From assembly GCA_030141605.1 (NCBI GenBank), contig JAQGDQ010000840.1, positions 1 to 64,000 on the forward strand: DNA of 64,000 nt, read 5' to 3'. The notes under the pieces are model-generated. The model did no database searches, was not told the DNA's origin, and saw only the letters and a program-made list of their open reading frames with translations. Numbering within the stretch: the stretch's first letter is position 1; every line of letters starts with the position of its first letter. Origin of the DNA: Tubiluchus corallicola. Lineage: Eukaryota; Animalia; Priapulida. Of the stretch, positions 54,136 through 64,000 are shown piece by piece. The translations under genes and the position numbers were made by a program.

Positions 54136-56820
54136 GTAATGTTTAGATTACATACTGGGCCTACACACATATTTACAATATTTTAAAACTTTGTCTGTAA
54201 ATAAAAATGTAAATTAATAAACTTATACATTATAGATGAAGATAAATTTGATAATAATTTAATCTAAATTTTTTTTATTTTAGATAATGCGACATTTTAA
54301 AACTACATGTATTTGATCCATTAACGAATGTCCGCACTTCCCCTCAAGAAGGTTATTAAAAGTTTGCTAATAATTATTTATATTTTTATTTTTGTTTGGT
54401 GTGCACTTTAATGTTTACATCTAATGCGCCCAATCGCGTTTTTATGACATTTTTAAACGTAGGAGTCGTAATAAGAAACAGAAATTATTATACGAGCCAC
54501 TTTTACTGCCGCGGTGCAGCTGCAAAGATTGTTCATATTGGTGCTACAAATTATGGAAGATTTTGCACTAGCTGCATATTCCAGATTGGCAATAATATGT
54601 GAAAGTATTTTCCCGTTTTCTTTTTTGGCTTAAATTAATTTGCGATATAATTGTTTTAATTTGCATCCAGTCCACATTGACTAAAATTTATCAGGAAAAA
54701 TTTGCATTTTAAAGTTTTTTCCGTCGCTTGCATCACTGTAAATTTACTTATTATGTATGGGATCAGTCCACCCCTCGACTAAAGTTTAATGTAAACAACC
54801 TGCTGTGCCAGACAATGCTCGAGGACCAAAAAAAATGTGGTTAAATAAAGAATTAGATATGAAGTCTTCAAAGATACGTAAATGAAACGTTTATTAAAAT
54901 GATGGCTGTGAAAATTAATATCTAACTGTGGTGCGCTTAGTTATTAATAATAATGCCGAATAATAATAATTGTTATTATGAAAAATTACTTAGCTATTTC
55001 AGCATGAACACATTTCTCGAAACAAAAATGTTTAACACTGGTTGCAGTAATTTAATTATTTATTCAGGTTAAAATCCATTTTATATGACAGAATGCATCA
55101 AAAATCGGGTCAAATGTCAATTTTTTGTTTATTTTTAAAAACAAATGCTAATCTTAATGGATGTTTATATTCTATTAATAGTATTATTTTATATAAAGTT
55201 ATTCCACCATAAGTGAAACTCAATCATCGTATCGTATGCGCAGAGCAGATTGTCGTAATGTGCTAAGCAATTATATCGAAATCGGCGATCACTCTGTGTA
55301 AACCAAGCAGGACTTGAATTCTAAAAGAGCGCTACTTGTGTTTTTCTGTAAGGTAGATTGCTGTTTAGGTGGTTCTTTTTTAAGGCACTCTCACATCGCC
55401 TGAATCAGAAATACCGCTGAAGGCACGACTGCCATAGAAAGATGCATCCTTTACCTGCACACTGATGTAAAGAAAAGTTGAAACATACTTCCTATTTATA
55501 AAAACTTACTGTTAACATTGTGAGAATTGACTAAGATTGAATGATTTCATGGAATATTTTCATTTGGAAGTTAGCGGACAGCAATATTTTTATTTACTGC
55601 TGTGCCACAACCTAAAAGGAAATCTCTTCACAAATAAAGAACCAAATTGTAAACTTACAGAAAAGTTAAAAAGAACTTCAGGTGAATTTCCTCAATGTGC
55701 GCCATTTTCCAACATCTGTTGGTGCCAGCATGTGGCGTACTCTTCCAGCGTTGTTTTGTAACTTTTTTCTCTTCCGAAATGTGAAGTAACCGCACAAATG
55801 TTGGTTGCTATGGACTTTTGCAGGAGCACATTGAAGTTATGTTTAAATCCAGTAGATGGCTCTTTCTGATGAACATCTGGGCTTGGCAACATCAAAAACC
55901 TGTTCGCAAAATGACAGCTTCCAGGAGCTACAGTTGGAGTTTGAAAATAAGAGTTTCTTACAATTGCAGTACTAGTTTCTAGATAGAAAAGTGGGTAAGG
56001 AGTGAGTTACAAAATAAAATTTTCAATGTTTTTTAACACTTTTTTGACAATTTGAGTGCTAGAATATGAAAGTCCATATATATATTTGGCAGTGGTTTTT
56101 ACAAAATACGAAAATACGAAACATTTGACAAAATTTTTGGGTCATTCTAGGTTGAAGCACCATAACGTTATTTTAACTATGCCGAATTTAGGATGATTTT
56201 GCTTTGCAAGCACATATGTAACACTTTACTCAGCCTCAGCTTCTTCAACAGCCTTTCTGTAACTTCTTTTCTCTTTTGAGTATATGGAAAATTCTCGGTT
56301 AACGACGCTAATGTGTTCCAGCAAAATATGTCGTTGAACGAAACGTCACTAACCGAAACATTCTTTTCCATAAGAAACAATGTAAAAACATTCAGTTATA
56401 AAAACGTCCAGATGCAAAAATCATTATTGATTGGTTATGCAGAAACTTTCAGTTACTTGCAGTGGGGCAAAACCACTAAGCGGGGCAACCGGAAAATCAT
56501 TATCGTTTGGTTCATAAACTAAACACTCTATATTGTTTGTTGCTCACAGTTCTACAGCGTTTCTTTAATTAAAATATTACTAATTATACTAGTTTTGTGC
56601 TTGTGATAGTTAAAGTGCAAATGAGCTGGCCCTAGACTTTGGAATAACATCAACGAATACATTAAAAATTGTTTATCTATAAATAACTTCAAAAGAAATT
56701 TCAAAAGTGAAATCTTTTCTAATTATACAGAATAAATCAATTTGATTAATTACTCTGCTGTCCATGTTGGAATCCATTGCAATGCCGGCTATGTCAATTT
56801 TTACATTTCTATAGTTCACG

Positions 56821-57246
56821 TTACTTCATACAGATACCATCACATCTTTCTCCTTCTTTCTATTCTCTATTAACCTTTCTTTCTACTCCTTTACTGTTCT
56901 TTTCTACTTCACTCAGTCCACATTCATTACTTCATACAGATACCATCACATCTTTCTCCTTCTTTCTATTCTCTATTAACCTTTCTTTCTACTCCTTTAC
57001 TGTTCTTTTCTACTACACTCAATCCACATTCATTACTTCATACAGATACCATCACATCTTTCTCCTTCTTTCTATTCTCTATTAACCTTTCCTTCTACTC
57101 CTTTACTACTCTTTTCTACTACACTCAGTCCACATTCATTACTTCATACAGATACCATCACATCTTTCTCCTTCTTTCTATTCTCTATTAACCTTTCTTT
57201 CTACTCATTTACTGCTCTTTTCTACTACACTCAATCCACATTCATT
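56821..57246. repeat. 106-bp tandem repeat, 4 copies
   Basis: ttacttcatacagataccatcacatctttctcc... repeated. Confidence 0.9.
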
Positions 57247-57571
57247 TAGGGTACTCTAAACAAGTAATTACTTCTTGAGTACCCCACGGGTCATTTGCAG
57301 CTTGGCATCTTGTGTACATGATAATAAATATATCGTGGATATATTTAATAAATTTAATTTAATTTAATTTAAAAAAAATGTAGTAATTAACAATGTAGTA
57401 GGGGAGAGTTTTATCAGCTGAAACTTTTGCATTTTATCAAGAAGAATTTTATCTGAACTGGGAAAACAATGAATCATCGTGGCTTGTCTATGGCTGTAGT
57501 TGATTGTCTGCTGTCCATTTAGTTGCGCGATGGTGATCTGGGTTAAATGGCAGGCTTCTTGTAGAGTATTA

Positions 57572-57697
57572 GTGCAGTGAGTAAGATGTTAGTGTTTAAA
57601 GTAAGGGAAAGATTGTGCAGTAAGTAAGATGTTAGTGTTTAAAGTAAGGGAAAGATAGTGCAGTAAGTAAGATGCTAGTGTTTAAAGTAAGGGAAAG
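57572..57697. repeat. ~42-bp tandem repeat, 3 copies
   Basis: gtgcagt(a/g)agtaagatgttagtgtttaaagtaagggaaaga. Confidence 0.9.
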
Positions 57698-57854
57698 AAA
57701 TTGTTAAAACGTAACATGCGATGATAAGCGAAAAAAGGGTGTCAAGCGATTAAAAGGTGTTAACTGTAAAATGAAACGTCTCTAAGTAGGGAGATGTTAA
57801 CCGAGAATTTACTGCATTGGTATATACCTGTTACACACTAGCCAAAGCAAGAGT

Positions 57855-57888
<34 letters not shown>

Positions 57889-58009
57889 TTAATCTTTATT
57901 TAAAGTCGGCTTTGGGTCAACAATTAACATTAGCTCAAAGAGCTATTATCGCTGACTGTAAATAACAACCTACAACTACATAACAGAGACTATTATTACC
58001 CCACTTTTA

Positions 58010-58140
58010 CGCTAAATACCACGCATCAGGTAGGGCAACAGCAGGTACCATTTTTAAAGTCTTTGGTATGACCCGGCCGCTGGTTCGAGCTCATGACCTC
58101 CCAGACGGAAAGCAGACGCATTAGCACTAGACTAAACCGT
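58010..58140 (-). mobile_element. tRNA-derived SINE, 5' part
   Basis: Degenerate A box (tagtctagtgctaa) and B box (gagctcgaacc), then gggtcataccaaagactttaaaaatggtacc, which resembles conserved metazoan SINE core domains. Confidence 0.6.
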
Positions 58141-58597
58141 TTGGTTTCAGCAGAAATAAATGGAATCCTTGCATTTTTCTTCTTTTTTCTCACCTTACAC
58201 AATGGACACAGTTGCAAACTGTGGGCTTCAAATTCGCTTTCACATGACGCGTGTATTGACATGTAGTAGAGTAGATATTGAATGTACGTGTCTTTAAAAA
58301 TAGTTTGTAAGTACGAAAATGGCAGACAGCAACAAAAGCCATGAAAAACTTTATAGGCTAAATCTCAGTACTGCAATGTTTGTAAAACGCGGCTAAAACA
58401 CCAAAAAAACTGCCGCAAAAGATGAATCGTGACATCGAATTGCAAGAACGTGAATTGCAGAAGATTTCAAAATTGCTCATCACCAATACGAGAAATGCTT
58501 ATCACACTTTTATTACTAAATCAGTCTAACATTTTTCACGAACATTGAAATAAGCATAACTTTCCAGAATGCTTTGGATTTCCTTTGAAGTAACCAT

Positions 58598-58644
58598 CAG
58601 GGCCGGCCTTAGGTAATTGGAGGCCCTAGGCTAAGTGAATTTGG

Positions 58645-58735
<91 letters not shown>

Positions 58736-58842
58736 GCAGTATGTTCGCATAAAGCAAAAAAATGTTACCTCGGCGTGAGGCCCCCCTGGAGGGTGAGGCC
58801 CTAACCGGTTGCCTAGTTTGCCTATGCTTAAGGCCGGCCCTG
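58598..58842 (-). mobile_element. hAT-type MITE carrying (GA)n
   Basis: TIR cagggccggcctta...taaggccggccctg; TSD (g)taaccat on both sides; internal motif shared with 19141-19873. Confidence 0.85.
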
Positions 58843-59148
58843 TAACCATATTTCTGTTGCAAATGTAAATGTTTTCCAAGTTAAGCTTAGACTAAATTCG
58901 CTAATACCTATTATTATTCTGCCTTCCAGGTTTTCATCCCATGAAAGATCTTCATCTGCCAACTTTTCTCCATTTATAAACAGTTGTCATTGGTGATTGA
59001 ACAAAATGGCCGTCAGGGGGCGTGAATCGAGTATAACAATCTACAAGATGGCGGAAGCGTTCACACGGAAGCCACATCTGATTGCGATTCATCCAGCTGT
59101 GAATTGTCTACGCAGGTGATTGAGAAGTTGACTGAAATCTGATCAGCT

Positions 59149-60609
59149 ATGGGTGCCGTCGTTGATGAAGCTGTAATAAAAGATGACGAAGACTGTAAAA
59201 GAGACACCAGAGAGTCATTGCCAGCATCTGATGAAGCCAGAAGTTCTCATTTTCAAACTCAGGACCGAACATTAATGAATTCTGAGATATCTAGCGCATC
59301 AACTGGTTTTTCTGCTGTGTTGTGTCCAAACACGGCATCTAGACGTCTTAAATGCGGTTACTGTCAGTTAGCAAATTTTCGAAGTAAATGCGAGTTAAAA
59401 ACGCACATGAGAAATCATGCCAGTAAGAAACCATTTAAATGTGGCGAATGCAGCGCAGTTTTTGCATGGTCATCTTCGTTAAAATCACATCTAAAGATTC
59501 ATAGTGGTAAGAAGCCTTTTAAGTGTAAGCAGTGTGAATCCGCTTTCTCTCGGGCGTCTTATTTAAGACAACACATGCAATCACACAGTGGTGAAAAACC
59601 ATTTAAATGTGATCGGTGTGATGTAGCTTTTTCTCGTTCAAGGTCACTGAAACTGCATTTGCTAAAACATGCAGGAAAAGCACCTTTTAAGTGTGATCAA
59701 TGTAATGCCGCCTTTGTCTCTTCAAATAGTTTAATAAAACATCTGCCGTCCCACGTGGGTCAAGAACCTTACAAGTGCAATCAGTGTGAATGCGTTTTTA
59801 AGAGATTACTAAGTTTAAAACGACATCTGAAGACTCATTTAGGTGTAAAGCCATTTAAATGTCAGCTGTGTGATGCTGCTTACACCGAGTCGGGAAGCCT
59901 GAAGCGACATTTGAGAGCTCACACAGGAGAAAGGCCTTTTCATTGTGATCGGTGTGATGCTTCCTTTGCTGAATCGGGGCACTTGAAACAACATCTTGCT
60001 ACACACACTGGAGAAAAGCCTTACTTGTGCAACGAGTGTGGGGCTACGTTCGCTCGATCGGACGGTTTAAGATATCACCTGATTGCTCATTCAAAGAAAG
60101 TTAACTGTGGTGATCCTACTGTTATTCTGTCCAGCAATTTAAGACAACGTGATGCGACTCTGATGCGTTTCAAATGTCAACTGTGTACGGCTGCTTTCTT
60201 TCGGCCAAGTCACTTAAAACAACATCTGAGAACTCATACGGGAGAAAAACCTTATAAGTGTACTCAGTGTAGCAGTTGTTTCACTGCATCAAGCAGTTTA
60301 AAACAGCATCTGAAAATTCATTCCGGCGAGAAGCCGTTTAAATGTGACCACTGCGACAAAGCTTTCACAGCATCCAGTGATTTAAATAAACATCGCAGAA
60401 GCCATACAGGGGAGAGGCCTTACAAGTGTAGCTTGTGTGATGCTGCCTTTAGCAGATTAGGGCATTTGAAGCAGCATTTAAGGATTCACACTGGAGAAAA
60501 GCCATTTAAGTGTAGTCATTGTGGTGCTGCTTTTACTCAGTCGGGCAATTTGAAGCGGCATTTACTTGGTCATCAATCGTCATTCACTGGAAAGGTAGAT
60601 GATTTCTGA
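59149..60609 (+). CDS. Kruppel-type C2H2 zinc-finger protein, 14 fingers
   Basis: CxxC...HxxxH repeats with TGEKPF/Y linkers: 9 fingers, a degenerate finger-length spacer, then 5 fingers. Upstream in-frame TGA; acceptors at 58929 and 59115. Confidence 0.95.
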   Translation: MGAVVDEAVIKDDEDCKRDTRESLPASDEARSSHFQTQDRTLMNSEISSASTGFSAVLCPNTASRRLKCGYCQLANFRSKCELKTHMRNHASKKPFKCGECSAVFAWSSSLKSHLKIHSGKKPFKCKQCESAFSRASYLRQHMQSHSGEKPFKCDRCDVAFSRSRSLKLHLLKHAGKAPFKCDQCNAAFVSSNSLIKHLPSHVGQEPYKCNQCECVFKRLLSLKRHLKTHLGVKPFKCQLCDAAYTESGSLKRHLRAHTGERPFHCDRCDASFAESGHLKQHLATHTGEKPYLCNECGATFARSDGLRYHLIAHSKKVNCGDPTVILSSNLRQRDATLMRFKCQLCTAAFFRPSHLKQHLRTHTGEKPYKCTQCSSCFTASSSLKQHLKIHSGEKPFKCDHCDKAFTASSDLNKHRRSHTGERPYKCSLCDAAFSRLGHLKQHLRIHTGEKPFKCSHCGAAFTQSGNLKRHLLGHQSSFTGKVDDF

Positions 60610-60665
60610 ACTTGTCAATGACTTGTAGCTGGTAGAATTATTAGCCTTTATGAGTATAAGCCGAA

Positions 60666-62155
60666 CCACAGTTTCGTTATGAGAATGAGCCTTTCCACAG
60701 TTTCGTTATGAGAATGAGCCTTTCCACAGTTTCGTTATGAGAATGAGCCTTTCCACAGTTTCGTTATGAGAATGAGCCTTTCCACAGTTTCGTTATGAGA
60801 ATGAGCCTTTCCACAGTTTCGTTATGAGAATGAGCCTTTCCACAGTTTCGTTATGAGAATGAGCCTTTCCACAGTTTCGTTATGAGAATGAGCCTTTCCA
60901 CAGTTTCATTATGAGAATGAGTCTTTCCACAGTTTCGTTATGAGAATGAGCCTTTCCACAGTTTCGTCATGAGTATGAGCCTTTTCACAGTTTTGTTATG
61001 AGAATGAGCCTTTTCACAGTTTTGTTATGAGAATGAGCCTTTCCACAGTTTCGTTATGAGAATGAGCCTTTCCACAGTTTTGTTATGAGAATGAGCCTTT
61101 CCACAGTTTTGTTATGAGAATGAGTCTTTCCACAGTTTCGTTATGAGAATGAGTCTTTCCACAGTTTCGTTATGAGAATGAGTCTTTCCACAGTTTCGTT
61201 ATGAGAATGAGTCTTTCCACAGTTTCGTTATGAGAATGAGCCTTTCCACAGTTTCGTTATGAGAATGAGCCTTTCCACAGTTTCTTTATGTGAATGAGCC
61301 TTTCCACAGTTTTGTTATGAGAATGAGTCTTTCCACAGTTTCGTTATGAGAATGAGTCTTTCCACAGTTTCGTTATGAGAATGAGCCTTTCCACAGTTTC
61401 GTTATGAGAATGAGTCTTTCCACAGTTTCGTTATGAGAATGAGCCTTTCCACAGTTTTGTTATGAGAATGAGTCTTTCCACAGTTTCGTTATGAGAATGA
61501 GTCTTTCCACAGTTTCGTTATGAGAATGAGTCTTTCCACAGTTTCGTTATGAGAATGAGTCTTTCCACAGTTTCGTTATGAGAATGAGCCTTTCCACAGT
61601 TTCGTTATGAGAATGAGCCTTTCCACAGTTTCTTTATGTGAATGAGCCTTTCCACAGTTTTGTTATGAGAATGAGTCTTTCCACAGTTTCGTTATGAGAA
61701 TGAGTCTTTCCACAGTTTCGTTATGAGAATGAGCCTTTCCACAGTTTCGTTATGAGAATGAGTCTTTCCACAGTTTCGTTATGAGAATGAGCCTTTCCAC
61801 AGTTTCGTTATGAGAATGAGTCTTTCCACAGTTTCGTTATGAGAATGAGTCTTTCCACAGTTTCGTTATGAGAATGAGTCTTTCCACAGTTTAGTTATGA
61901 GAATGAGCCTTTCCACAGTTTCGTTATGAGAATGAGTCTTTCCACAGTTTCGTTATGAGAATGAGCCTTTCCACAGTTTCGTTATGAGAATGAGTCTTTC
62001 CACAGTTTCGTTATGAGAATGAGCCTTTCCACAGTTTCGTTATGAGAATGAGCCTTTCCACAGTTTCGTTATGAGAATGAGTCTTTCCACAGTTTCATTA
62101 TGAGTATAAGCCTTTCCACAGTTTCACTATGAGAATGAGCATTTTCAAAATTTCG
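60666..62155. repeat. 29-bp minisatellite (ccacagtttcgttatgagaatgagccttt), ~50 copies
   Basis: Directly visible; starts about 55 bp after the ZF stop codon. Confidence 0.95.
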
Positions 62156-62679
62156 TTGTGCACACATGCAGTTGCTGTAGGTCAAAGGTTAAGTGCACAA
62201 TAGCGCCACATCTTAACGACAGTCTGTCTTTTGACATGTGGGTAAAACAAAGCCAAATTAAGTAATGTCAGTTGTTTTACATCTGGAAACTGTCAGCTGG
62301 AACTGTGAAAAAAAGTGATTAGTAGCCACCTGTTATGTGGATATATGCAAAGCAAAGTTGTTGCCTCACTAGTCTAATTTCTGCTGGAATGCGTTTGTAT
62401 GATAAGCAATTTAAGTATCTCTGTTATTTTTATTGTTAATGTTCTCTTGATTAAATTTCATCGACCAACTTGTCTCTGATGAGTGAATGTTTTTTTAAAT
62501 TGTTTAATAATGACTTATCATTCAAAGAATTGTAGGTAATAATTACATTATTGTAATTATGAATTTTGAAATCCGGAAGTGGAAAATTATTTATTGTATA
62601 TAAGTTATAAAATATGCAAAAGGTGCAAGCTTGTTGATTGCCTCTATTTTGTGCTGACTAATTAATTTTAAATTATGAT

Positions 62680-62705
62680 TTTATTATTATTATTATTATT
62701 ATTGA

Positions 62706-62742
<37 letters not shown>

Positions 62743-62826
62743 GATATTATATTATTATTATTGATATTATTATTATTATTACTATTATTATTATTATTAT
62801 TATTATATTATTATTATTGTTATTGA

Positions 62827-62874
<48 letters not shown>

Positions 62875-62915
62875 TATTATTATTATTATTATTATTGATA
62901 TTATTATTATTATAC
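62680..62915. repeat. (ATT)n microsatellite
   Basis: Directly visible. Confidence 0.95.
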
Positions 62916-64000
62916 TACTGTAGTGGCCTGGTCTGCAAGGCAAGAATTGGTCTGAATTATACGAGATTATAAGAATACCACTGCAGCTATGATGCTCGTG
63001 TTTGTAAAAACTGTTTGATGAAATTTGAATAGACAAACCTAATTTTTTATGAGCAGAAAATATCAAAACTTATTGCAGTTCGTACATTTACTTACAGCAG
63101 TTAAACGTGGTTATAACGAGCCTCTCATAAAACCAACCTCCTTTACTCCCAAATTTTTAGAAAAATGAAATGTTGGTACATTTGCATATCCATGTATGTA
63201 TTAATGCACTTCGTTATGATGCTAAACTCATTCTAAGTCCAACTTTTTGTAGTCAAAGAGGTTTGAACGTATTATTACTTCCCACTTCAATGTTAGTCTT
63301 GTGCTTATAGTTTTTGCGTATGTAGAATTTATGTTACTGATGTTAGGTAAAATTTATCCGGTTTTTACATAAATAAACATTATTTCTCCCTTTTATATCA
63401 CCGGTGTTTGAATGCTGATTGCTAGTTATCTTTCATATAACTTTTGTTTCCAGTGAAAATCGTATATTATATTGTGAATATTTGCATTTAAAAACAACAC
63501 AAGTGTGTTAAAACTTTTACATTAAAAAGCTAAAATCATATCAAACGTTTCGACAGGCTGCTGCTGTCAATGAAAATTGAAACTACATATTTGTGAGATA
63601 TTTTATAAAATTAAAGAAAAATAAAGAAAATCATAAAACAGAACACCAATGGTGAGATAAGCCACAAGTGAAGTTAAGGTTCTTATAGCTGACTAGATGA
63701 CGTACCAATTGTTATTTTGCGCTTTTTTCAAATTATTATGTTTCATAACTGTATGTGCATTGCAAGATAAAAAAGAGAATATACATTACATACGAGACAA
63801 ACCAAAACAGCGCATAACAAATGACGCGAGATGAGGTGAAAGGGGTAGTGGAAATTAAGTAAAATATTTATGTTGCTACTTAAGAAAAATACAAAGGTTG
63901 ATATAAGCAAGATTTGATGTGTCGTATGTGGAAAATATGAGAAGATACGACTGAGCATCTGTCTGAATTTGAGGTAATTAAAAGAAATTAACCAAACCAA

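Noticed and set aside
55537-56522. Short ORFs upstream of the ZF gene
   Set aside because: No recognisable domain or consistent splice structure.
58040-58140. tRNA gene
   Set aside because: Degenerate A/B boxes, no clean cloverleaf, and a SINE-like body follows.
60666-62155. CRISPR-like array (also considered for 48260-49365 and 26353-27166)
   Set aside because: Units are contiguous with no unique spacers, there are no cas genes, and the context is eukaryotic.

Overview
AT-rich, repeat-dense eukaryotic genomic DNA, most likely an invertebrate metazoan (spliceosomal intron signals, microsatellites, MITEs, a SINE, a C2H2-ZF gene). Most ORFs in the track are artefacts of micro- and minisatellites. 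The main feature is a minus-strand locus (~36.5-50 kb) encoding a 988-aa protein that fuses about 13 ankyrin repeats to a catalytically intact cGAS-like/Mab-21 nucleotidyltransferase (ANK-cGLR). Directly downstream is a tandem partial duplicate encoding only a 118-aa ankyrin protein. Upstream is a series of duplicated short, apparently non-coding exons and a TATA box. The splice signals suggest one transcription unit that could produce either the full receptor or an ankyrin-only decoy. Also present: a 14-finger C2H2 zinc-finger gene (+), decayed calcium-binding EGF exons (+), promoter-like NRF1 and RFX motifs, several minisatellites, and hAT, Tigger, TTAA-type, LINE-tail and SINE elements. All calls were read by eye; no searches were run.
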